A stretch of DNA of 64,000 nucleotides from an uncultured delta proteobacterium (GCA_963761335.1 CAVXGR010000024.1:182628-246627), one strand, 5' to 3'; counted from the first letter of the stretch, positions 8,803 to 18,828 are shown. Numbers and translations are program-made. The notes: generated by a model from the letters alone, not told the origin.

Positions 8803-9591
8803 ATGTCCCGGCGGAAGCCACCGCACGCCCGAGGCTGGCTTTGCCTCTGGGTAATCGTCGCGATCGCGTCCTGCAGCCAAGCTGACCGCACCGAAGTGGA
8901 AGTGGAGGTGCGCAACATTGGCATGGACGAGGTATCGGGCTCGCCCGTGGTGGTATTGCAGGACAAGCGCCAGCGGCTCGCCCTGCCGATCTGGATCGGC
9001 CCCGCCGAGGCGCAGGCGATCGCCGTGGAGATGCAGGGCGTCAAGCCGCCGCGGCCGATGACGCACGATCTGATGAAGAACGCCCTCGAGGAGGCCGGTG
9101 TGCAGTTCGACCGCGCCGTCATCGTCGAGCTTCAGGACGCCACTTATCTGGCGCAGATCCATCTCCGCGAAGGGAAACGCGAGTTTCAGGTCGATAGCCG
9201 GCCGAGCGACGCCATCGCCCTGGCGGTGCGCTTCGGTGGGCCGATCTATGTGGCGCGGGCGCTGCTCGAGGGCGATTCGAGCATCGATCTCCGCCGCGTG
9301 CTCGGCAGCGAGGCACGCAACCTGCGCGGCATCACCGTGCAGCCACTGTCCCAGGACCTGGCGGCGATCTTCCATCTTCCGGAGGGGCGCGGCGTGCTGG
9401 TATCGGGGGTCCAGAACGGGGTGGCGGGGCTGCATCGCGGCGACGTCATCGTTGCGGTCGACGGCAAGGCAGTGGCCGACGTCGGCGATCTCAGCGACAA
9501 GCTCGATGCCGCGGGTGCGGCCTCCGTGGACCTCGAGGTACGGCGCGGCGAGCGCCAGCTTCACGTGGCGCTGCAGGGCGAAGGGAACTGA
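8803..9591 (+). CDS. Bifunctional nuclease (DUF151/BFN) domain + PDZ protein, predicted lipoprotein
   Basis: LPIWIGPAEAQAI, PRPMTHDL, DSRPSDAIALA; C-terminal GVLV..V..GLHRGDVIVAVDG PDZ; N-terminal IASC lipobox-like. Confidence 0.85.
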   Translation: MSRRKPPHARGWLCLWVIVAIASCSQADRTEVEVEVRNIGMDEVSGSPVVVLQDKRQRLALPIWIGPAEAQAIAVEMQGVKPPRPMTHDLMKNALEEAGVQFDRAVIVELQDATYLAQIHLREGKREFQVDSRPSDAIALAVRFGGPIYVARALLEGDSSIDLRRVLGSEARNLRGITVQPLSQDLAAIFHLPEGRGVLVSGVQNGVAGLHRGDVIVAVDGKAVADVGDLSDKLDAAGAASVDLEVRRGERQLHVALQGEGN

Positions 9592-9703
9592 TGGCGGCGC
9601 GCCGCCGCATGGTTTGACGTCTATGTCTGGTCGTGACAGAAATGCGTTATACACCGAGACCACATTTGACTTGCCGGACCGCGTGTACTAAGCGGCCGGA
9701 GAT

Positions 9704-10051
9704 TTGAGCGAGGAGCGACAGAGCGAGGACGGAAGCACCGCCGAGCGACGAGTCGAGGAGCTGACGCTGGAGATCGCCAGGTTGATCAATTCGGCGGACC
9801 CAGCAGACCGCGACGAGATGCGGGCCCAGGTGAGCGCCGTCCTGCGAGAAGAGACCCAGAGCGTTGAAGAGGAGCAAACAGCCGAAGCCAGGCCGGCGTC
9901 GAATCAGTTCAATCCGCTGGGCATCGGGATACCCGTCTTTTTCATGGGCGGCGTCATGCTTGTCATCTTCCCGCCGGTCGGCCTGCTGCTGCTGTGTGCG
10001 GCGGCGTTACTGGTGATCTGGGGGCTGATCGCGACGATGCTCAGGCGATAA
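9704..10051 (+). CDS. Hypothetical membrane protein (acidic N-terminus, two C-terminal TM helices)
   Basis: 115-aa ORF directly upstream of and co-oriented with Rieske gene. Confidence 0.6.
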   Translation: MSEERQSEDGSTAERRVEELTLEIARLINSADPADRDEMRAQVSAVLREETQSVEEEQTAEARPASNQFNPLGIGIPVFFMGGVMLVIFPPVGLLLLCAAALLVIWGLIATMLRR

Positions 10052-10068
10052 CAGCAAAGGAAAGGACG

Positions 10069-10662
10069 ATGGCCAGAAAAGAGCTGACAGCGGAAGAGCA
10101 ATCCGTTCTCGAAGAGCGCCGACGCGATGAACAGCAGCGGGAGCGCGCCAAACGGGACCGAGAGCGCGCCGCGATGTCCAGCCTCTGGTCGCGGCGCGAT
10201 TTCTTCGGCAGGCTCGGCTGGGGCGGGTTCGGTGTCTTCTCCGGAATGGCGCTCCTCGGCTTCGTGCGCTCCGCCTTTCCGCGGGTCCTCTTCGTGCCGC
10301 CGGCGACCTTCAAGGCGGGCTTTCCGAATGACTACGCCGTCGGCGAGGTCAGTGACAAGTACAAGAAGGAGCACCGCGTGTGGATCGTGCGCACGCCGGA
10401 GGGCTTTTACGCCCTGTTCGCCAAGTGCACGCATCTCGGCTGCACGCCGCGTTGGCTGGCGGTGGAACAGAAGTTCAAGTGTCCTTGCCACGGCAGCGGC
10501 TATCGCAAGAGCGGGATCAACTTCGAGGGGCCGGCGCCGCGCCCACTCGAGCGCTTCCGCATCACGCTCGCCGACGACGGCGAGATTCTCGTCGACATGA
10601 GCGTCAAGTACCGCTACGAGAGGGGCGACTGGGGCAAGCCGGGTGCCTTTCTGAACGCGTGA
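10069..10662 (+). CDS. Rieske 2Fe-2S subunit of Rieske/cytochrome b complex
   Basis: Tat-like SRRDFF + TM; CTHLGC and CPCHGS boxes; GPAPRPL. Confidence 0.95.
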   Translation: MARKELTAEEQSVLEERRRDEQQRERAKRDRERAAMSSLWSRRDFFGRLGWGGFGVFSGMALLGFVRSAFPRVLFVPPATFKAGFPNDYAVGEVSDKYKKEHRVWIVRTPEGFYALFAKCTHLGCTPRWLAVEQKFKCPCHGSGYRKSGINFEGPAPRPLERFRITLADDGEILVDMSVKYRYERGDWGKPGAFLNA

Positions 10663-10708
10663 GCGCGGCGGCGGCAACGGCGGCCGCGGGGGGATGGGTC
10701 CGAGACAG

Positions 10709-11479
10709 ATGAGCAAGTGGGAAGAGATCAAGCAGCAGATCGTCGAGTCGCAGGTGTGGCAGTCGATCTTCCGGCACGGCTACGACGATACGCCGCGCAA
10801 CCGGATCCTCATGGTGTCCGGCAACATCTGGCTGCACCTGCATCCGTCGAAGGTGCGGCGCCACGCGGTGCGCATGCGTTTCACCTGGTGCATGGGGGGG
10901 ATCACCTTCCTGATGTTCCTGGTCACGGTGGTGACCGGCGTCTACCTGATGTTCTATTACCGGCCGACCGCCGAGTACGCCTACGCGGACATGAAGTATC
11001 TCGAGTTCGACATGCCGTTCGGGATGCTCATGCGCAACATGCATCGCTGGGCGGCGCACGGCATGGTGATCGCCGTGTGGCTGCACATGTTTCGCGTCTT
11101 TCTCAGTGGATCCTACAAGCCGCCGCGCGAGTTCAACTGGGTGGTCGGCGTCCTGCTCCTGGTGCTGACCCTGCTGCTGAGCTTCACCGGCTACCTGCTG
11201 CCCTGGGACCAGCTGTCGGTCTGGGCGGTCACCGTGGGCTCGAACATGGGGCGGGCGACGCCGCTGCTCGGCAGTGAGGGGCCGTTCTCCCAGTACACCG
11301 GAGTGAACCCGATCTACGACGCTCGCGCCTTTCTCTTCGGCGGCGGTGAGGTCGGCACCCACACGCTTCTGCGCTTCTACATTCTGCACTGCATCTTCTT
11401 CCCGCTGATCGCCAGCCTCTTCATGGCGGTGCACTTCTGGCGCATCCGCCGCGACGGCCTGTCGGGACCACCCGTCTGA
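10709..11479 (+). CDS. Cytochrome b N-terminal (b6-like) subunit
   Basis: WCMGG, RNMHRWAAH, HMFRVF, FTGYLLPWDQ, RFYILH, HFWRIR. Confidence 0.95.
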   Translation: MSKWEEIKQQIVESQVWQSIFRHGYDDTPRNRILMVSGNIWLHLHPSKVRRHAVRMRFTWCMGGITFLMFLVTVVTGVYLMFYYRPTAEYAYADMKYLEFDMPFGMLMRNMHRWAAHGMVIAVWLHMFRVFLSGSYKPPREFNWVVGVLLLVLTLLLSFTGYLLPWDQLSVWAVTVGSNMGRATPLLGSEGPFSQYTGVNPIYDARAFLFGGGEVGTHTLLRFYILHCIFFPLIASLFMAVHFWRIRRDGLSGPPV

Positions 11480-11511
11480 CGTCGCGCGACATCGTTGGGG
11501 GGCATGCGAGA

Positions 11512-11610
11512 ATGCGCGTACTCATTCTGCCAATGCTGATGGCGGGCATCATCTACCTTCTCTACTGGGTGGCGCGGCCGAAGAGGCCGCACTCGAAGGA
11601 CAATGGCTGA
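11512..11610 (+). CDS. 32-aa single-TM small protein (not in ORF track)
   Basis: MRVLILPMLMAGIIYLLYWVARPKRPHSKDNG; stop lies inside the start of the next gene. Confidence 0.55.
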   Translation: MRVLILPMLMAGIIYLLYWVARPKRPHSKDNG

Positions 11611-12460
11611 CGAGAATAAAGCGGCTCTGCGGACCGCGGGGGCAGGGGGCGGTGCCGCCGCCCGGTCCGGCGCGGGAGTTTCACCGAAACGCGTCGAGGT
11701 GCCCATCCGCAAGGCGGCGGGGCCCGGGGACGACAAGATTCACACCTGGCCGCACCTGGTGCGCGCCGAGTTTCTCTGTGCGGTGTTCGTCGTCATCCTG
11801 CTGATCGTCTGGTCGCTTCTGGTCGACGCCCCGCTCGAGGAGCCGGCCAACCCGACGCGCACGCCGAACCCCTCCAAGGCGCCGTGGTACTTCCTGGGCC
11901 TCCAGGAGATGCTGGTCTTCTTCGATCCGTGGCATGCGGGCGTGGTGTTGCCGAGCCTGATCATCATGGGCCTCATGGTGATTCCGTACATCGACATCAA
12001 TCCGCGCGGCAACGGCTACTACACCTTCAAAGAGCGCAAGTTCGAGATTCTCACCTTCCTCGCCGGCTTCGAGGTCCTCTGGGTGTCGCTGATCATCATC
12101 GGCACCTTCATGCGCGGCCCGGGGTGGAACTGGTTCTGGCCCTGGCAGCCGTGGGATCCGCACAAGGTCGAGGCGATGACCAACGTCGACCTGCCGTACC
12201 TGTTTGGCTTCCGCGACTACTGGTGGTCGGCTGCTTTCGGCGGCTCGCTGATCGTCGGCTTCTTCGTGCTCGGCACCATCAGCATGTACGCCTGGGTGAT
12301 CTGGCTCAAGGGAAAGGCCTTCATGGAGCGCTGGGGAATGCCGCGCTTCATGCTGACGTCGTTTCTGTTTCTCAACATGGTGGCGGTCGTGGTGAAAATG
12401 CTCTTGCGACACGCATTCAATGTGAAGTACGTCCTGGTCACACCTTGGATCAACATCTGA
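11603..12460 (+). CDS. Cytochrome b C-terminal / subunit IV-like protein with extra TM helices
   Basis: TWPHL, EPANPTRTPNPSKAPWYFLGLQE (PEWY-equivalent), IPYID, GTFMRGPGW. Confidence 0.9.
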   Translation: MADENKAALRTAGAGGGAAARSGAGVSPKRVEVPIRKAAGPGDDKIHTWPHLVRAEFLCAVFVVILLIVWSLLVDAPLEEPANPTRTPNPSKAPWYFLGLQEMLVFFDPWHAGVVLPSLIIMGLMVIPYIDINPRGNGYYTFKERKFEILTFLAGFEVLWVSLIIIGTFMRGPGWNWFWPWQPWDPHKVEAMTNVDLPYLFGFRDYWWSAAFGGSLIVGFFVLGTISMYAWVIWLKGKAFMERWGMPRFMLTSFLFLNMVAVVVKMLLRHAFNVKYVLVTPWINI

Positions 12461-12533
12461 ACCTCATATCCATTCAATCAGACGGAAGTGCACGGGATTC
12501 GACAGACCTCGCGCTGGCGCGGACGGGACGGGG

Positions 12534-12704
12534 ATGTTTTACCTGGCGAAGCTGATGCAGGCGGTCGGCTGCGTGGACGTCGGCTATGCCCTCTGGGTCG
12601 GCCTGTCCGACGAGCAGGGGATGGGCAGGGAGCTCAAGATCGCCCTGGTGGGTATCGCGGTGTTTTATTTGGGACGACTACTCGAGAGTCGCTTATCGGC
12701 ATAG
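12534..12704 (+). CDS. 56-aa two-TM small protein (not in ORF track)
   Basis: MFYLAKLMQAVGCVDVGYALWVGLSDEQGMGRELKIALVGIAVFYLGRLLESRLSA, ends 9 nt before cytochrome c gene. Confidence 0.7.
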   Translation: MFYLAKLMQAVGCVDVGYALWVGLSDEQGMGRELKIALVGIAVFYLGRLLESRLSA

Positions 12705-12713
12705 GGGACCAGT

Positions 12714-15470
12714 GTGGCGCGGCGATCGAATGAAATAGAGGAAGAGCGGCGGTCGTACAGCGCGCTGTTCGTGTTCGGAGTCGGCCTGCTGCTCGTCGGG
12801 GCGGTGTGGGCCATCTGGGACGACAACATCAGCCGCCGGCCCTGGAAGAAGTATCAGGCCGAGTTCTTCGTGCTCGAGGCCGACCAGGTGCGCGACGCCA
12901 TCAAGAAGGAGGACAAGCGCCTCGCCGCCGACCCCAAGTACCAGGAGGTGACGGCCAAGCTGAAGCAGGCGCAGGAGCGACTGCGAAGCGGCGAGACTGA
13001 GCACCGGTTGCAGAAGCTCCAGGCGCAGCTCCAGCAGGCCCAGGTGCGTTACGACGAGCTGGATCTGTCGCTGCGCATCGTCAAGAGCAAGATCGAGGAG
13101 GCGTGGTACGACTACGACGAGGCCATCCTCAAGAAGGTGGCCCTCGGAAGCCCGAAGTCCCACCTGGACGCGCTGCAGGCCGAGAAGACGGAGACCGACG
13201 GCAAGCTGAATGAGGCGGATGCGCACCGCAAGCAGATCCAGAACGAGATCGCCGAGATTCGCGGCGAGGCGACCGCCCTGCAGAAGCAGCGCGAAGACAT
13301 GGAGTCCAAACGCTCCGGCCTCGAGCAGAAGCTCGACCACATGGTCATCCGCGTCGGGCCGCTGCAGCTGCCGAAGATCCCCAAGATCGAGCAGATCGTC
13401 ATTGGCGAGTACGACCGCAGCAACTTCGACACGCCCCTCAGCCGCGTCGATCGCTGCCAGACGTGTCACATCGCCTCGACCAAGGCCGGCTTCGAGGATC
13501 AGCCTGAGCCACTGCGGACGCATCCGTTCCCCAAGTTGATGGCGAAGCACCCGCCGGAAACCTTCGCCTGCACCACCTGTCACGACGGCCAGGGGCCCGC
13601 CGTGAACTCGCCCGAAGAGGCGCACGGTGAGGTGAAGTTCTGGGACAAGCCGCTGCTGCGCGGCGCCATGGTGCAGGCCAACTGCATCCGCTGCCACCTC
13701 GACGCCCGCCATCTGCCGCACGCCGAGACCGTCGCCGAGGGGCAGATGCTCTTCGAGCAGCTGGGATGTCACGGCTGCCACCTGGCGGCCGGCTACGACA
13801 ACTTGCGCAAGGTCGGCCCGACCCTGCGCCTGGCAGCCGCCAAGCTCGATCCGAGCTGGATGGTGCGCTGGGTGAAGAATCCCCAGGGCTATCGCCCGCA
13901 CACCCGCATGCCGAACTTCATGCTCGGCGAGGATCAGGCGACGGCGATCGTCGCCTGGCTGCTCGACTCGACCCGCAAGGACAGCGACGCGTGGCTGGCG
14001 AGCCATCCCGAGCCGAGCGGCGTCGATCCGAGCAACCCCGCTCTGGTGGCGCACGGCAAGGAGCTGGTCGACAGCCTCGGTTGCCGCGGCTGCCACGGCT
14101 TCGCCCCCGGCGAATCGCCGGCGCTCCTCGGCGACAACAAGGACATCGCCCCGAATCTCTCGAACGTCGCCGAGAAGACCGACCTGCGCTGGATCTACGC
14201 GTGGATCAAGAACCCCAGCAGCTACTCGAACATGGCGCGCATGCCGCGCCTGCGCCTGAGCGACGAGGAGGCGCGCGCCATCGCCTCGTTCCTCGGCACC
14301 CTTGGCCAGCGCAAGCCGGAGCCCGCCGTGGTCGCCAAGCTGAGTGACCCGAGGACTATCAAGGCCGGCAAGGCCCTGGTGCGCAAGTACGGTTGCTTCG
14401 GCTGTCACGACATCAACGGCATGGAGAACGAGTCGCGCGTCGGCGTCGAGCTCTCCACCTTCGGCTCCAAGCACCTCGATGAGCTGTTCTTCGGCAACCA
14501 CACCGACATCCCGTACACCTGGGACGACTGGACCTACAACAAGCTGAAGAACCCGCGCACCTACGAGACCGAGCGCATCGAGCAGCAGATGCCGAACTTC
14601 TTCCTCGGCGACAACGACATCAAGGCGCTGCGGATCTTTCTCGCCAGCCGCGTCGACGAGAAGATCCCGGCGCGCTTCATGGCGGACACCGGCGAGCGGG
14701 GAGCCCGGCTGATGGAGGGGCGGCGCCTGGTGGCGCGTTACAACTGCGTCGGTTGCCACATCATCGAAGGCAAGGGCGGTGCCATCCGCGCCCGCTACAC
14801 CGACAATCCGACCATGGCGCCGCCGATCCTCAACGGCGAGGGCGCCAAGGTGCAACCCGACTGGCTGTTCGGCTTCATCAAGGAGCCGGTGCCGCTGCGG
14901 CCCTGGCTCAAGCTGCGCATGCCGACCTTTCCGCTGACGGACGACGAGATCACCTCGCTGGTGGAGTACTTCGGCGCCCAGGAAGATCTGAAGAAGCCGT
15001 TCTACCACGTCATCGACGCGAAGATTCCCGAGGAGAACATCGAGGCCGGCCGCAAGCTCATGTCCAACGATTACTTCGCCTGCTTCTCCTGCCACCAGCA
15101 GGGGGCGAAGAAGCCGGAAGGTCCGCCGGAAGGCTGGGCCCCGGATCTCACCATGGCGCGGCGCCGGCTCAACCCGGACTGGATCCTGCGCTGGATCCAC
15201 GACCCGCAGGCGTTGCAGCCGGGCACCAAGATGCCGGCGTTCTACCCGGGCGGCCCCGACGACATCTTCGGCGGCGACGAGGACCGGCAGATCCGCGCCA
15301 TTCGCGACTACATCATGGTTCTCGGCCGCCCCGCAGGACAGATGGCGGCAGACAAGCCGGCGGCGGCGCCCGCCGACGGCAACGCCCCAGCAGAGGGCGG
15401 TGGTGAAATGCAGGGCGACCAACAGGTCCACGCGGCGCTCGACGGCGGCGGGACCACGAAGGAGGATTGA
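12714..15470 (+). CDS. Membrane-anchored octaheme cytochrome c with coiled-coil stalk
   Basis: N-terminal TM, ~150-aa coiled coil, eight CxxCH (CQTCH, CTTCH, CIRCH, CHGCH, CRGCH, CFGCH, CVGCH, CFSCH), repeated MP distal-ligand-like motifs. Confidence 0.93.
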   Translation: MARRSNEIEEERRSYSALFVFGVGLLLVGAVWAIWDDNISRRPWKKYQAEFFVLEADQVRDAIKKEDKRLAADPKYQEVTAKLKQAQERLRSGETEHRLQKLQAQLQQAQVRYDELDLSLRIVKSKIEEAWYDYDEAILKKVALGSPKSHLDALQAEKTETDGKLNEADAHRKQIQNEIAEIRGEATALQKQREDMESKRSGLEQKLDHMVIRVGPLQLPKIPKIEQIVIGEYDRSNFDTPLSRVDRCQTCHIASTKAGFEDQPEPLRTHPFPKLMAKHPPETFACTTCHDGQGPAVNSPEEAHGEVKFWDKPLLRGAMVQANCIRCHLDARHLPHAETVAEGQMLFEQLGCHGCHLAAGYDNLRKVGPTLRLAAAKLDPSWMVRWVKNPQGYRPHTRMPNFMLGEDQATAIVAWLLDSTRKDSDAWLASHPEPSGVDPSNPALVAHGKELVDSLGCRGCHGFAPGESPALLGDNKDIAPNLSNVAEKTDLRWIYAWIKNPSSYSNMARMPRLRLSDEEARAIASFLGTLGQRKPEPAVVAKLSDPRTIKAGKALVRKYGCFGCHDINGMENESRVGVELSTFGSKHLDELFFGNHTDIPYTWDDWTYNKLKNPRTYETERIEQQMPNFFLGDNDIKALRIFLASRVDEKIPARFMADTGERGARLMEGRRLVARYNCVGCHIIEGKGGAIRARYTDNPTMAPPILNGEGAKVQPDWLFGFIKEPVPLRPWLKLRMPTFPLTDDEITSLVEYFGAQEDLKKPFYHVIDAKIPEENIEAGRKLMSNDYFACFSCHQQGAKKPEGPPEGWAPDLTMARRRLNPDWILRWIHDPQALQPGTKMPAFYPGGPDDIFGGDEDRQIRAIRDYIMVLGRPAGQMAADKPAAAPADGNAPAEGGGEMQGDQQVHAALDGGGTTKED

Positions 15471-15473
15471 TCC

Positions 15474-16187
15474 ATGCGAAATCGTTTTATGGTTGTCGGT
15501 GTGGCGGCGCTCGCCCTCTCCTGGGGCACGGCGGGTGCCTACGAAGGCGGGCCGGTGAGCAACGGTGGAACCATCTCCGGCGAGGTGAAGGTGACCGGCG
15601 ACGTGCCGGCGCCCAAGCCGGTGGAGGTCACCAAGGACAAAGAGGTCTGCGGCAAATCGCCGAAGGTCGACGAGAGCCTGCTGGTCGGCCCCAACAAGGG
15701 CCTCAAGAACGCCGTGGTGTCGATCACCAACATCAGCAAGGGCAAGCCGATGGACACGAGCAAGATCACGCTCATGCAGAAGGGCTGCGACTACATTCCT
15801 CACGTCCTCCTGGTTCCCGCCGGCGCCACCGTCGATATCACCAACGACGACGGCATCCTGCACAACATCCATACCTACAGCAAAAAGAACGCACCGGTGA
15901 ATCGCGCCCAGCCGAAGTTCAAGAAGGTCATGCAGGAGACTTTCAAGGATCCCGAGACCTTCCAGATGAAGTGCGACGCCCACAACTGGATGCAGGGCTG
16001 GGTCGTGGTCGAGGACACTCCCTACTACGCGCTCACCGACGAGCAGGGGAACTACAAGCTCACCGACGTGCCCCCCGGGGAGTACGAGGTGAAGGTCTGG
16101 CACGAGAAGCTCGGCGAGAAGACGGAGAAGGTGACCGTCGCCGCCGGCGGTACGGCGAGCGCGAACTTCGAGCTGGCCAGCAAGTGA
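15474..16187 (+). CDS. Exported cupredoxin-like / carboxypeptidase-regulatory-like domain protein
   Basis: Signal peptide; LHNIH and CDAHNWM; TDEQGNYKLTDVPPGEYEVKVWHE. Confidence 0.8.
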   Translation: MRNRFMVVGVAALALSWGTAGAYEGGPVSNGGTISGEVKVTGDVPAPKPVEVTKDKEVCGKSPKVDESLLVGPNKGLKNAVVSITNISKGKPMDTSKITLMQKGCDYIPHVLLVPAGATVDITNDDGILHNIHTYSKKNAPVNRAQPKFKKVMQETFKDPETFQMKCDAHNWMQGWVVVEDTPYYALTDEQGNYKLTDVPPGEYEVKVWHEKLGEKTEKVTVAAGGTASANFELASK

Positions 16188-16269
16188 GGCATGCGGTCGC
16201 GGCGGCGCTGCCGGCGCCGCGCCACCCCAGCCGCGATTTCCCACGCAGACAAAGGACGGGTGAGCTCCC

Positions 16270-16926
16270 ATGCTGAGCTGGCTTCCACAGGACGTTTCGA
16301 CCTACGGTCCCAAGGTCGATCAACTGTTCTACCTGATCTACTATCTCACCAGCGCGACCTTCGTGTTGGTGATGGTGACGTTGATCGTCTTCCTGATCAA
16401 GTATCGCCATCGCCCGGGACGACGGGCGACCTACACGCACGGCAACACGACGCTGGAGATCGTCTGGACGATCATTCCGGCGCTCATCCTGGTGATGCTC
16501 GGTTTGCTGAGCAAGTCGCGCTGGGAAGAGATCAAGAGCGTCGTACCGCCGTCCAAGGTCAACGTCGAGGTGACCGGAAAGCAGTTCAATTGGGAGATCA
16601 CCTACCCGGGGCCGGATCACGAGTTCGGCACCAAGGACGACCTCCAGGTCGACAACGAGCTGCACGTCCCGGTGGGAGAGGTGGTGCGGGTGATCCTGCA
16701 GTCGAAGGACGTCATCCACAGCTTCTTCCTGCCGAATCTGCGGCTCAAGCAGGACGCCGTTCCCGGCCGGCGCATCATCGCCTGGTTTGAGGCGACCAAG
16801 ACGGGCGAGTACGAGATTCCGTGCGCCGAGCTCTGCGGCTTCGGGCACTCGGGCATGAAGGGGATGCTGTACGTGCACACCGCTGAGGATTATCAGCGCT
16901 GGCTCAAGGAGAAGTGGCCTTCGTAG
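16270..16926 (+). CDS. coxB: Cytochrome c oxidase subunit II (no fused cytochrome c)
   Basis: LEIVWT, QFNW, DVIHSF, CAELCGFGHSGM CuA motif. Confidence 0.96.
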   Translation: MLSWLPQDVSTYGPKVDQLFYLIYYLTSATFVLVMVTLIVFLIKYRHRPGRRATYTHGNTTLEIVWTIIPALILVMLGLLSKSRWEEIKSVVPPSKVNVEVTGKQFNWEITYPGPDHEFGTKDDLQVDNELHVPVGEVVRVILQSKDVIHSFFLPNLRLKQDAVPGRRIIAWFEATKTGEYEIPCAELCGFGHSGMKGMLYVHTAEDYQRWLKEKWPS

Positions 16927-16971
16927 GCCGCTCTCCGAGCGCACGCGAGATCTCGAGGAGGGGATTGAGTC

Positions 16972-18729
16972 ATGAGTTCCGTTGCCGCCACACCGGTTCA
17001 CGGCGCCCACGCGGCGCACGATGAGACCGGCTTCATTCGCAAGTACGTATTCTCTCTCGACCACAAGATGATCGGCCGACAGTTCCTTTTCCTGGGGCTG
17101 TTCATGATGATCATCGGCGGCCTGCTGGCGCTGATGGTTCGCTGGGAGCTGGCCTGGCCGGAGAGCCAGGTGCCGCTGACCAGCTGGGTTCCGGAGCCGC
17201 TCATGTACGACGGCCACATGGGTCCGGAGTTCTACAACGCCCTGTTCACCATGCACGCCACCATCATGGTCTTCTTCGTGATCATGCCGATTCTGGTAGG
17301 CGGCTTCGGCAACTTTCTCATCCCGCTGATGATCGGCGCCCGCGACATGGCCTTTCCGGTCCTCAACATGCTGTCGTTCTGGATCGCTCTGCTGGCCGGA
17401 TTCATCATGCTCGCCGGCTTCTTCGTCACCGGTGGACCGGCGGCGGCCGGATGGACGGCGTACGTGCCGCTCTCGGCGGTGCCCCAGTACACCGGGGTCT
17501 ATTGGGGGCAGAACCTCTGGTGCATCAGCATCATGGTTCTCGGCGTCTCCTCGATGATGGGCTCGATCAACTACATCACCACGGTGATCAACATGCGGGC
17601 GCCGGGGATGAGCTTCTTTCGCCTGCCGTTGACCATCTGGGCGCTGTTCATCGTCGCCATCCTTCTGCTGCTGGCGCTGCCGGTGCTCACCGCGGCGGTC
17701 GGCATGCTCCTCTTCGACCGCGTCTTCGGCACCAGCTTCTTCGCGCCGTCCGGCGGCGGCGAGCCGCTGCTCTGGCAACATCTCTTCTGGTTCTTCGGCC
17801 ATCCCGAGGTCTACATCCTCATCCTGCCCGCCATGGGCATCGCCTCCGACATCCTCGCCGTCTTCTCCCGCAAGCCGATCTTCGGCTATCGCGCCATGGC
17901 CTTCTCGATGATCGCCATCGCCTTCCTCAGCTGGCTCGTCTGGGGACACCACATGTTCCAGAGCGGCATGAACCCGTCGCTCGGCACCACCTTCATGATC
18001 TCGACCATGGTCATTGCCGTCCCCTCGGCGATCAAGACGTTCAACTGGCTCGGCACTCTGTGGGGAGGGAACATCCGCTTCACCACGCCGATGCTCAACG
18101 CCCTGGCCTTCGTGTCGATGTTCGTCATCGGCGGCCTGAGCGGCATCTACATGGCGTGCACCCCCGTGGACATCTTCATTCACGACACCTACTTCATCGT
18201 CGCCCACATCCACTACGTGGTCTTCGGCGGCAGCGTCTTCGGCATCTTCGCGGCCATCTACTTCTGGTTCCCCAAGATGTTCGGCCGCATGATGAACGAG
18301 ACGCTCGGCAAGATTCACTTCTGGCCGACGCTGATCGCCTTCAACTGCACCTTCTTCCCGATGCACATCCTCGGCATCGGCGGCCACATGCGCCGCATCT
18401 ACAACCCGCTGCAGTACGACTTCCTGCACCCGCTCCAGTGGATCAACGTGTTCATCACCATCAGCGCCATCTGCCTGGGCATTGCCCAGATCCCCTTCGT
18501 GATAAATTTCTTCTGGAGCATGTTCGCCGGCAAGAAGGCGGAGGTGAACCCCTGGCAGGCGAATACCCTCGAGTGGTCGGCGCCCTCGCCGCCGCCGCAC
18601 GGCAACTTCGACAAGCTTCCCACGGTCTACCGCGGTCCCTACGAGTACAGCTCGCCGCTGGTGGCCGAGGACTGGCTGCCGCAGTGGCGGCGACTCGGCC
18701 CCGAGGCGACCAAGGCGGCGGCGCATTGA
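16972..18729 (+). CDS. coxA: Cytochrome c oxidase subunit I, A1 type
   Basis: DHKMIG, GGFGN, DMAFP, FGHPEVY, WGHHM, HDTYFIVAHIHY. Confidence 0.97.
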   Translation: MSSVAATPVHGAHAAHDETGFIRKYVFSLDHKMIGRQFLFLGLFMMIIGGLLALMVRWELAWPESQVPLTSWVPEPLMYDGHMGPEFYNALFTMHATIMVFFVIMPILVGGFGNFLIPLMIGARDMAFPVLNMLSFWIALLAGFIMLAGFFVTGGPAAAGWTAYVPLSAVPQYTGVYWGQNLWCISIMVLGVSSMMGSINYITTVINMRAPGMSFFRLPLTIWALFIVAILLLLALPVLTAAVGMLLFDRVFGTSFFAPSGGGEPLLWQHLFWFFGHPEVYILILPAMGIASDILAVFSRKPIFGYRAMAFSMIAIAFLSWLVWGHHMFQSGMNPSLGTTFMISTMVIAVPSAIKTFNWLGTLWGGNIRFTTPMLNALAFVSMFVIGGLSGIYMACTPVDIFIHDTYFIVAHIHYVVFGGSVFGIFAAIYFWFPKMFGRMMNETLGKIHFWPTLIAFNCTFFPMHILGIGGHMRRIYNPLQYDFLHPLQWINVFITISAICLGIAQIPFVINFFWSMFAGKKAEVNPWQANTLEWSAPSPPPHGNFDKLPTVYRGPYEYSSPLVAEDWLPQWRRLGPEATKAAAH

Positions 18730-18828
18730 AGGGATGGCTCCGGGAGCGCCTCGCTGACATGATGGCCGATATCGAAAAAACCTCCGCCGCCACCGCCGGC
18801 CGCCAGCGGGGCGCGAAAGAAGGTCTGC

